Shown one piece after another: positions 25,942 through 34,501 of a stretch of 64,000 bases of DNA. Below the pieces are notes generated by a model. It was given only the letters and a program-made list of their open reading frames with translations, was not told the DNA's origin and searched no databases. Made by a program: the position numbers and the translations under genes. The DNA comes from a virus (lineage: Duplodnaviria; Caudoviricetes). How positions within the stretch are numbered: the stretch's first letter is position 1; each line of letters starts with the position of its first letter. The stretch lies in IMG/VR virus record IMGVR_UViG_3300048691_000224, one strand, 5' to 3'.

Positions 25942-26991
25942 TCAGCTCATGTACTCTAGTAGAAATTCCTTCGCCCACGATGAGTCCATTATTGGGAGCA
26001 GTGGCAATACCCACTCCAAAGACAATACACCTTCTTTGGTGAGTCTACACAATTCCTTATGCTTGTCTGTCAATACTTTCAAGGAGCCACTCTTAGTGCC
26101 CGAGCACACGTAACTAAACTCCTCAGTTACAGATTCAATATCCTTCGCCTGAACGTCCTGTATCCGACCATCACCCATCTCTAAAATCATTCTATGATTT
26201 GGTGATACTGATTGTGAGAAACCTTCACCCTTAAAATGGTACACTGTCGGTACTGTTTTCTTGGTAAGATTGGTTGGAGTCACAAAATTAGTCTGACTGG
26301 TTTCGGTATCATACTCTAACAGTTCAGTAGATAGTGTGACACATTCGATAGGTAACCACCCATCTAGTGTCATAACTTCTGTGCCGGCAACCAAACACTT
26401 CTCATCAAGGATCGACCAAGAGATGTTTGAGCCCATTCCAACCATCGTTCCGTGACGGGGGAAGTTCAATAACATGATGAATGATGAAAATAATTGCATA
26501 CCTTCAGTGAATGCTGAGAATACTGCTAGCTGTTGAGCAATGGACTCGGTGTCAGTTCCGATAAAATTCTCAACATATTCGTATTTTTCACGCATCGCAT
26601 CATATTCTAAGAACTGATTGTAGATTGTGTCAGGCATTCCTAGCGTTTCCACTAGGTTAGAGTATGCTGCAATATGAGTAGCTTCACGAGCCGCAAAACT
26701 TAACAACATCATCCGAACTTCTGGTTGGGGAAATACCGGTAGATAATTCATCACATATGCATTTGCTACACTGATGTCACCTTGAGTGAAAAATCTGAAG
26801 ATGTGGGTCAAGAAGTTTTGTTCAGACTGTGTTAATTTGGTGTTCCAATCTTTAACATCCTCCAGGAGAGGGGCCTCCCAGTGACCCCAATGCATGCGTT
26901 CGTGATCCATCCACGTTTCGTAGCACCACTGGTAGTTGAATGGCTTGTACGATGGACGTGGGTCTGTTAATTTTAATTTCTTTTTGGACAT
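25942..26991 (-). CDS. nrdB: ribonucleotide reductase beta N-terminal part fused to split-intein N fragment (151 aa)
   Basis: FFTQGD, REATH, FTEGMQLFSSF, WSILDEK; then CLVAGTEVMTLDGW...VSPNHRM intein blocks from 26397. Confidence 0.92.
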   Translation of the reverse strand: MSKKKLKLTDPRPSYKPFNYQWCYETWMDHERMHWGHWEAPLLEDVKDWNTKLTQSEQNFLTHIFRFFTQGDISVANAYVMNYLPVFPQPEVRMMLLSFAAREATHIAAYSNLVETLGMPDTIYNQFLEYDAMREKYEYVENFIGTDTESIAQQLAVFSAFTEGMQLFSSFIMLLNFPRHGTMVGMGSNISWSILDEKCLVAGTEVMTLDGWLPIECVTLSTELLEYDTETSQTNFVTPTNLTKKTVPTVYHFKGEGFSQSVSPNHRMILEMGDGRIQDVQAKDIESVTEEFSYVCSGTKSGSLKVLTDKHKELCRLTKEGVLSLEWVLPLLPIMDSSWAKEFLLEYMS

Positions 26992-26997
26992 AGTAGT

Positions 26998-28824
26998 TTA
27001 TTGGCAGGCGATACACTCTGTAGAATCAACAGCTTCTGTGGTAGGAGACTGTTCGTCGATTTTAACTCGTTTGATTGTTTTGGAGATTTTTTCAGTAGAT
27101 TTAAGTTTCTCACTTCTAAGGTAATATAGCGTCTTCAATTCTTGTTTCCAAGCATTGAAGTGAATGTCGTGCAATACCTTAGTAGTCACGTTAGGTTTGG
27201 TGAACACATTAACACTCTGCGCTTGGTCGATGTGGGGTTGACGATCAGCAGCGAGATCAATGATATGTTGTTGGTCAATTTCCATTGCTGTCTTGAACAC
27301 GTCTTTTGTATGTGCGTCAAATAAATCAGAGTGTTGGATTGACCCATCGTGTGCATTGATGTCCGACCAAATATCATCACGGTCCAACTTTTTATCTGCA
27401 GCACACAGAGCAATAATCAATTTATCAAGGTATGGGTTGCGATGGAAGTTGAATCCAGAGAGTGTGTCCTGACGATAGCAGTTGGCTCTGAACGGTTCGG
27501 CGCTTGGTGAAGTGTTTCCTAGAATCAAACTAGACGACGCATTTGGCGCAAGTGCGCATCTGTGAGAGAATCTAAGTGGTTTGGTCATGTCCCCACCACC
27601 TTCGATATAGTCGAGGTTTGCTCCACGCTCTACCCCAAGTCTCTCTGAGGATTCGAGTGATTGATCGTCTAGCTGTTTGAATATTTGGATATTCATTGCT
27701 CGCGATTCGGGTGATCCAAACGCAACATTATTTTTTTGGAAATATGCGTGCAGACCAAGCAAACCCAAACCAACTGATCTCTCTCGTTGAGCTGAGAAGC
27801 GAGCTCGAGCAATCGAATCTGGCGCATTATCTATAAAATATTGCAGCACATTATCCAACATTTCCATAACATCAGATATAAACAAGTTGTCGTTCTTCCA
27901 CTCATCGTAGTACTCCGCATTTACAGATGATAGTACGCAGATTGCAGTTCGATTTTCATCGACAGGTAGTGTTATCTCAGAGCACAGATTCGACTGTCGG
28001 ATTTTCAATCCTAATTTTTTTTGCCAGTGAGGGAGCTTCTTATTTGCGGTGTCGATGAACAGAAAATATGGTTCGCCGGTTTCTTTGCGGAGTTTGAGCA
28101 GTTGAGACCAGAGAGCTTTGGCAGATACCACCTTAGTAACTTCTTTGCTGAATGGATCAATCAGTGGCCAATCATCATTAGCATTACTGTCCTTCATACA
28201 TCGTTCGATGATGTGCATGAAAGCATCTGGGATATTGACTGCGTGATTCAAATTTGTGCAACGTGTATTAGCATCGCCAGTAGGTTTTCTCATTTCTAAG
28301 AATGGGATAATCTCGGGGTGTGAGATATCCAAATACATGGCGAAACTACCTCTGCGCGTAGATCCTTGTTTGTAGGCCATACTCGCGCTGTCATACGTCT
28401 TCATATGGGCAAGTACGCCAGTAGATTTATCGTCGCTAGTACGAAGGCCAACACCTACGCCAACGCCTCCCCCAAGCATACTCAGAATACAGGTTTCTTT
28501 ATAGGTATCAACCAACCCATCAGATGAATCAGGCAAAAAACTAAGGTAGCAGCTAACAGAAAGACCTTTCTTGTTGCGGCCATGTGATAAGATTGGCGTT
28601 GAATAACTCAACCAGTGTTTACTAGCGTAATTGTATAACCGCTGAGCGTGTTCAGGATTGCTAGAAAACTGCTTGGATACTTTAGCGAACCGCTCTTGTG
28701 GACTGACCTCGTCGGAGGTCATATATGATTCTCTGAGCCTCTGTAGACCGAGTTGATCAAACAATGAATCGCGTGAGTAGTCTACGGTAATGCCTGCTAT
28801 TGCAGGTGGGAGAGTGGTTGTCAA
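26998..28824 (-). CDS. nrdA: class I ribonucleotide reductase alpha subunit (no ATP cone)
   Basis: SCYL, GGGVG, QSNLCSEI, LAPNASSS, DQAQSVN, KTLYYLRS, C-terminal CIAC. Confidence 0.95.
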   Translation of the reverse strand: MTTTLPPAIAGITVDYSRDSLFDQLGLQRLRESYMTSDEVSPQERFAKVSKQFSSNPEHAQRLYNYASKHWLSYSTPILSHGRNKKGLSVSCYLSFLPDSSDGLVDTYKETCILSMLGGGVGVGVGLRTSDDKSTGVLAHMKTYDSASMAYKQGSTRRGSFAMYLDISHPEIIPFLEMRKPTGDANTRCTNLNHAVNIPDAFMHIIERCMKDSNANDDWPLIDPFSKEVTKVVSAKALWSQLLKLRKETGEPYFLFIDTANKKLPHWQKKLGLKIRQSNLCSEITLPVDENRTAICVLSSVNAEYYDEWKNDNLFISDVMEMLDNVLQYFIDNAPDSIARARFSAQRERSVGLGLLGLHAYFQKNNVAFGSPESRAMNIQIFKQLDDQSLESSERLGVERGANLDYIEGGGDMTKPLRFSHRCALAPNASSSLILGNTSPSAEPFRANCYRQDTLSGFNFHRNPYLDKLIIALCAADKKLDRDDIWSDINAHDGSIQHSDLFDAHTKDVFKTAMEIDQQHIIDLAADRQPHIDQAQSVNVFTKPNVTTKVLHDIHFNAWKQELKTLYYLRSEKLKSTEKISKTIKRVKIDEQSPTTEAVDSTECIACQ

Positions 28825-29065
28825 GGGTTCAGACTTTCAGGTTAAGGGATGGTGTGGAATCTAATAACAAATCAAATGCGTGAAGAGATTTCTCGTATGT
28901 GATCGGATCACATGAAGTGGATCTATTTAGTACACATGAGTGTGAACTATGCTCCAAAATTAACATGTTTACTACAATATAAATATACGGGAGTATTCAC
29001 TCAGTAAACACGATACTAAATTCGCGTTTATCACATATCAACAACTCAGTTCTGACAAGGAAACC

Positions 29066-29392
29066 ATGGAACAACAAACCCAATATCAACAACGCCCAGC
29101 TTTCAATTCCGAGGCAATGACGAATAAGCTATCAGCAATGTTTCGTAGTGCTACTCGAGCACTACCACACTCTTCCCCTAATTTGAGAAAGCTTCAGGTT
29201 AAATTTACATACTTTATTGACGACATTCAACGTGGGCCAGCATATGACCAGTCAAAGTTGAGTATGTTTGTACTACAATGGGTAAATGACTTGACGCGAT
29301 CTCTCCAAGAAGCTCAAGGTACTAGTGGAGTAGACTCGTGTGTTCGCAGACTTATGGTACCTGAGTACGAGCACCGAAATTACTACATCTAA
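29066..29392 (+). CDS. hypothetical late protein
   Basis: 108 aa; TATAAATA at 28978-28985, AAGGA SD and its own terminator. Confidence 0.7.
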   Translation: MEQQTQYQQRPAFNSEAMTNKLSAMFRSATRALPHSSPNLRKLQVKFTYFIDDIQRGPAYDQSKLSMFVLQWVNDLTRSLQEAQGTSGVDSCVRRLMVPEYEHRNYYI

Positions 29393-29397
29393 CATCA

Positions 29398-29426
29398 ATA
29401 AAAAGCCGCTTCAAGCGGCTTTTTAT
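29398..29426. terminator. bidirectional intrinsic terminator
   Basis: ATAAAAAGCCGCT-TCA-AGCGGCTTTTTAT between convergent genes. Confidence 0.9.
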
Positions 29427-30313
29427 GTAATAACAAGATTTTTAATCGATTGCCTGAGAGCCTCAGCTTTTGCTCGGGCAGATGATTGTGCTGCTTGAGA
29501 CTCTTCGTTGATGTCTCGCCTAATTGGGTACTCTATGTTTCCACACATATTTGAGATATCAGGATTCTGCTCAAAGGGGACACCTAAGTCCAGGCGGAAC
29601 GCATCATAATCGAATGTGAATCTCAATATTGAGTTGTCGGTAGCTTCCATAGACAATTCATCCAACTCAAGCGTTGCTACTCTAGGGTTTATGAATGTGT
29701 ATTTGTTGAACGTGCGGCCGAATCGATACACGTGATACAATTCAATAGATTTAATTAATTGTGGTGGGGTTCCACCACCTGGCAGTCCTAAGGGCCCCGA
29801 ACTAACACTGTATAAGTTTGCTGGTGTTTCATTGGGGTTGGTAGGTTCGTCATACTCAGCTGCCCCAAAGTTATACAGATACTGCCCCGATTCCAACAAT
29901 GAGCTTGTATCTGAATTAGATAGTGGACTCTGAAGCCTTAGTACATTAGCGTAAAAGTTCATCATCTGATTTTGAGAATCGTCCAGAAATGACATAGACA
30001 TATTGTCATAAGTGGTTTTTTTCAATACACCAGTCCGCATTCCATAGAGGTTCACATCACCATATTCAAACTTCGGCTTTGGTCGAGTCATCGTCTGAGT
30101 CAGTAGCGAGAACTTATCCACCCCAACAATTGTATCATAAGGAGCATTGAATGTTATCATCGTAACAAACAAAAACTTATGTTTGGGGAAAAACTTATCA
30201 AGATCTCGGGCATATGCAGATACGTCCCTAGTAGCACCCGGCGCTACTTCAGGGGCACGTGCCCCCGAAACGAACGATCGTTGGGCTACTGTTGGTATTC
30301 TAGGGTCTGCCAT
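29423..30313 (-). CDS. tail tube / tube-initiator-like protein (gp19/gp54 fold)
   Basis: TMTRPKPKFEY...TTYDNMSMSFLDD...FTFDYD pattern; located in the baseplate cluster. Confidence 0.65.
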   Translation of the reverse strand: MADPRIPTVAQRSFVSGARAPEVAPGATRDVSAYARDLDKFFPKHKFLFVTMITFNAPYDTIVGVDKFSLLTQTMTRPKPKFEYGDVNLYGMRTGVLKKTTYDNMSMSFLDDSQNQMMNFYANVLRLQSPLSNSDTSSLLESGQYLYNFGAAEYDEPTNPNETPANLYSVSSGPLGLPGGGTPPQLIKSIELYHVYRFGRTFNKYTFINPRVATLELDELSMEATDNSILRFTFDYDAFRLDLGVPFEQNPDISNMCGNIEYPIRRDINEESQAAQSSARAKAEALRQSIKNLVIT

Positions 30314-30345
30314 TAGGGTGATAACTTACAAATGTGGTCTATTAT

Positions 30346-31767
30346 TTAGCGCCTCCATCGCTCATCACGAACTTTGTGCTCGCGACCGACCATTGGATCA
30401 TCATACTCATATTTTGGCTCAAGTGAATTATCATTCATTGTTCCAGTTCGAGCCCACGGTTCATGGTGAGGATATCGACTTGGCCAGAAGCAGTCAAGTG
30501 GATCAGCTTTCGGTGCTGTAGGGGCGGTTGGTCCATTCATATCAATGCGGGCGGCGGTTTCAGTGATATTCCCACCAGCTTTTTCAGTGATATTCCCACC
30601 AGCTGATTCTGTGATGTTTTTACCAATATTATCAAGCATACTACCGCCGGCGGTGTGCATTATATCACCCCCAGCTGTCATTTGAATATTCTTAACCGCA
30701 TCGAGAAAAATGCTGCCCTCCGTCTTCAGATGAATGCTATCATATGCAAATAAGCGTACGGTAGCTTCACCTATTAAATTAATATCTGGTGCATTGACAG
30801 AGATCTTAGTTGTCGAGAATAATTCAACACACCCATCTTCGTCAAACTCCATCCAATTGTTGCCTTTGCATGTATTGATGTAGATGCGCTCATTTGTATC
30901 ATCCAAGATAATCTGGTGGCCAGCCGTGGTACGGAATCGCATTCTACAGTTCTCGATTCGATCATCCATCGTAATAGAGTGAAACCCCGGAGTAGTCCAT
31001 GTGTACACGGAACTGTCAGGAGAGTCAGCGTTGGTTCTATCCATCGTCTCAGCCATCCCTTGGACTACAAAAATTACGGTACCATCCTCTTGCTCGAATT
31101 CGACAATTTCGTCGTCTGTAACATTACACGGACTTGGGTCTAGATAATTATCGAAAATTGCAGTGGCTTGATAGTCAGCGCCGCGGGTGCGCCACTCAAA
31201 ATTGTGATCTCTACGTTCGAACGCTTCTGTTTGATTATCGAAGATCGGTTGGATTGGTTCTTCTGTTCCACTCAATGGACCATATGGCGCACCAAGTGGG
31301 TGTGGAACATTACCTTCTTCATCCTCATAGAAAAATCTACCGTGAGGGAGGGTGTTTGTTGTGAATTGGTCGTAGATGCACCCAATCCAGATTCGTTGAG
31401 TTGGATTTCCATCGATGCACATTACGACGACTGTTGCACCAGGCTTCGGTATATTCCACATGCCGTAAGTGACAGGCCCATTAGTTAAGTTCTTCTCTAG
31501 TTCATAACTTGGGCCACGCTTCAAAATTGAAGTCGATGTTCCTGCTAATGGTGAACAATATGTGCAGAGTGGCAGATCTTCATATTCATCTTGAGCAAGA
31601 TCGACTGGATCCCCTAGTTCGGGGCAATGGACGTACAATCGACCCATCTGTTGAGGATCATTGGTACTAACAACACGGCCGGTTGTTACACCATAAAACA
31701 GTGCGCCGCCCCTAGAGGCGTCGCTATTGACATATTGAGTTCGTTCGGTATTAAAAAATTCTGCCAT
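30346..31767 (-). CDS. baseplate hub spike (gp5/VgrG-like OB-fold, no lysozyme domain)
   Basis: GRVVSTNDPQQMGRL, PKPGATVVV, TTAGHQIILDD, beta-helix repeats. Confidence 0.85.
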   Translation of the reverse strand: MAEFFNTERTQYVNSDASRGGALFYGVTTGRVVSTNDPQQMGRLYVHCPELGDPVDLAQDEYEDLPLCTYCSPLAGTSTSILKRGPSYELEKNLTNGPVTYGMWNIPKPGATVVVMCIDGNPTQRIWIGCIYDQFTTNTLPHGRFFYEDEEGNVPHPLGAPYGPLSGTEEPIQPIFDNQTEAFERRDHNFEWRTRGADYQATAIFDNYLDPSPCNVTDDEIVEFEQEDGTVIFVVQGMAETMDRTNADSPDSSVYTWTTPGFHSITMDDRIENCRMRFRTTAGHQIILDDTNERIYINTCKGNNWMEFDEDGCVELFSTTKISVNAPDINLIGEATVRLFAYDSIHLKTEGSIFLDAVKNIQMTAGGDIMHTAGGSMLDNIGKNITESAGGNITEKAGGNITETAARIDMNGPTAPTAPKADPLDCFWPSRYPHHEPWARTGTMNDNSLEPKYEYDDPMVGREHKVRDERWRR

Positions 31768-31768
31768 A

Positions 31769-34177
31769 TTACTTCTGTGTTTTTTGAGTTTTCTTGTACG
31801 GGATGTACTGTTTGTTGCCTAGGTATCTGAGAATGCTTTTTTTACCCTTTGGGTTGAAAGCAACGTGAATCCAAACACTCTTGTTGGGGGGTTGCTCAAA
31901 AATGACTTGACTGAAAGGCAACCCAGATGCTAATATCTTTTCCATAAATGCCTCAGCATCGGACGCTGCAAAGCCAGGACAAACGATGTCAGCGGCTAAG
32001 CCGGATACGTGATCAGACTTTGCAGCACCTTTCACCTTGGCGTTAACTGTAGGAGATCTGTATCCACTGTTAATTTGAATCGGGAACCCAACAAATTTCT
32101 GCAGCTGCTGGAGGTACCCAATTGTAGATACGATGTTATCCAAAATCTCCTGCGATGGTGGAAAGTTATCCTTCTGCCAGTTGGCAACCTGTCTAGTAGC
32201 TAACATTCGTCCGAGTGTAAAGTCCTCCGTAATCTTGGTCTCTGCTGATACACTATCTATTAAGAACTTTCCACTCAATGATGATGTGGGTACTACACCA
32301 GGAATAGCTTTGATCTCTGATGTCACAGTATCTTCACGAGCAGCCTCAAGCTCAACAGGGACATCTTTCTTGCTCTGAGGTTTACCAGCAGCTTCCCCAG
32401 CAGATGGCTGATCATCTCGTGTCGGAACTATCTCTCCCGTCATAGGGTACCCAATAATCTCCAGCTCGTGCCTAAATTTACCATCTGCAAATATTGACTT
32501 CACTTGGAGAATTTGCCAGACCCCTTCGTACCAAAAAGCATCATATGTAGGAATTTCTTCTCGACTTGCTCCCGTCTTGGTATAAGTCGAGGGCATCTTG
32601 ACGTGTATTTTAATATACGGAAGTGCGGTGTGTAGTCCGATATCAATGGTCTCATCGATCACATTCCCCGGCTCCAGGTTAAATAATGAGATCCAAGCTG
32701 GATTTCCCCGAATTCCCAAAGTCGCGGCAGATTTTGCTACAGTGATAGATGTTGATTCGGAAAGTAAGTTTTTATACTGCGTTATCGCAACATCCATGTC
32801 TGAATTTCGCTGACGAACCGAATCCGACATTGCCCCCACCCCAACAAGAGTATTGTCAGGGATTTGCTTAGCTGGATCTTTTTCATTTGTCAGAAACCCC
32901 GACTCCTTTGCTCGCGCTGTTCCATCTCGAGTGAGTGATGGTGATCTATATGAGGTGCTAAGACTTTGATTCGTGGTCACAGTTTGAAACAAAGGGAATC
33001 CTTCATCTACTACCATATCAAAATCTGTGATGTCTATATTCTTTCCTGTAAAAATATAGTCAAAGTGTAATACATTACTCGTTTCTTGGAGGTTTTTATC
33101 TTCAGAGATCTGTTTGTGTTCACCCACAACATACGAAGGTGTAATCCTATACACAACATCGAGTGAGTCTTTCATCGTGTAAATGGTTGATACTATTCGA
33201 TATGTAAACGATTTGCCTGGGATTTTCTCATTCGCTTGCTGTAGGTACTGCTTGCAGGATTCAAATACCAATCGAATTGCACCTTCGATTGCGATCTTTT
33301 GTCCTACAGATATTGCGTTTGTTTGCCCTGAGCCCTGAGATCGTGGGGATTTATCTTCTGTTATCGCCCAATCAGAAGCTTCAGCGATTGATGGGTCAAA
33401 TTCAATTGTATATGTTGCTACTCGTTTGTTACCAACACTACCAAACATCGTCTTGCAATTCTTCAACGCATCTTGAGTGTATGCGTCCGCTATTGTATCA
33501 AGCGCATCACCAACGCTACCACTACCACGAATGTTGATTCCACCTGCTGATGTGGATATGTTTGGGTGCATTGCTCCACTGTTAATTATGGGAAGTAGCG
33601 ATAGTGAGTAGACAGTACCCTGTTCATCAATTCGTGCGCGAGATTTCAGTATGTTAAAATATAGCGGTGCAACATTCCAAACTGTTTCTACAGTTCCTTC
33701 GTCGGTGTAACCGACGAAGACAGTCTTTATCACATTAGTGTTGTCCTGAGCAAGCCCACCGAGCGTGCGGTTGGCTTCACGAAAAATATTTGCAAACCGG
33801 ATACCTGCAGGCTCTTCGACGACAATGTCGGCTTCTTGGACCGTGGCATTTGAAGTCCCCATACTCATTTGATTTGATATAGGGTTGGCGGTAGTGATCA
33901 TACTCGTTATACGAAGATCAGCATCTTGTGCTTCGTTTATCAATATAATGAAGTCGCCACCAGCAGGGGTGGCGGCTAAGCGGTTGCCAAATTCATCCTT
34001 CGGTGTGGGTTGTGATACTATTTGTTGGAGGAGTTCAACATCAGAGAATACCTCTTCAGCTCGACGGGTTGAATTTGCCATACCCCATATGTGGAAATAC
34101 GAGTATGATCTGTACTTGTCAAGTGGGTTAGTGAAGCGAGCTTTGGTAGCTGCTGGAGCAGAGTCTAGTATACGCAT
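31769..34177 (-). CDS. baseplate hub (gp27-like) with C-terminal peptidase M15A domain
   Basis: Hub-like IRGNP...EGVWQILQVKSIF..G.F; C-terminal INSGYRS...SDHVSGLAADI...WIHVAF. Confidence 0.75.
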   Translation of the reverse strand: MRILDSAPAATKARFTNPLDKYRSYSYFHIWGMANSTRRAEEVFSDVELLQQIVSQPTPKDEFGNRLAATPAGGDFIILINEAQDADLRITSMITTANPISNQMSMGTSNATVQEADIVVEEPAGIRFANIFREANRTLGGLAQDNTNVIKTVFVGYTDEGTVETVWNVAPLYFNILKSRARIDEQGTVYSLSLLPIINSGAMHPNISTSAGGINIRGSGSVGDALDTIADAYTQDALKNCKTMFGSVGNKRVATYTIEFDPSIAEASDWAITEDKSPRSQGSGQTNAISVGQKIAIEGAIRLVFESCKQYLQQANEKIPGKSFTYRIVSTIYTMKDSLDVVYRITPSYVVGEHKQISEDKNLQETSNVLHFDYIFTGKNIDITDFDMVVDEGFPLFQTVTTNQSLSTSYRSPSLTRDGTARAKESGFLTNEKDPAKQIPDNTLVGVGAMSDSVRQRNSDMDVAITQYKNLLSESTSITVAKSAATLGIRGNPAWISLFNLEPGNVIDETIDIGLHTALPYIKIHVKMPSTYTKTGASREEIPTYDAFWYEGVWQILQVKSIFADGKFRHELEIIGYPMTGEIVPTRDDQPSAGEAAGKPQSKKDVPVELEAAREDTVTSEIKAIPGVVPTSSLSGKFLIDSVSAETKITEDFTLGRMLATRQVANWQKDNFPPSQEILDNIVSTIGYLQQLQKFVGFPIQINSGYRSPTVNAKVKGAAKSDHVSGLAADIVCPGFAASDAEAFMEKILASGLPFSQVIFEQPPNKSVWIHVAFNPKGKKSILRYLGNKQYIPYKKTQKTQK

Positions 34178-34219
34178 ATGTAGTCGACAGATCTTTCCTG
34201 TACCCGCAGTCGGGTGCTG

Positions 34220-34501
34220 TTAATTTATACGGGTAGGGTGAGGTAATACAATTACTTTACCTGGGAACAATTCTTCCACCGGATCAATAATATTGTTATA
34301 TTGCAGCAACAGCCACAATAAATTATCTTTACCATATAACTTATAGGTGACTTGACTTGGTTTCAACGCTTCGACAACTGACATTTTAATATACACGTCA
34401 TCAGAGCGGAACGGGAGTATCTTCCGTGTCCAGAAGCCGACACCAACGGTGTTGGTGTCCACGACCCCCCCAAAACCATATCTCGTTTTATCTGTTACCA
34501 T
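34220..34501 (-). CDS. baseplate wedge protein (gp53/LysM-like)
   Basis: PSQVTYKLYGKDNLLWLLLQYNNIIDP...GKVIVLP. Confidence 0.8.
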   Translation of the reverse strand: MVTDKTRYGFGGVVDTNTVGVGFWTRKILPFRSDDVYIKMSVVEALKPSQVTYKLYGKDNLLWLLLQYNNIIDPVEELFPGKVIVLPHPTRIN

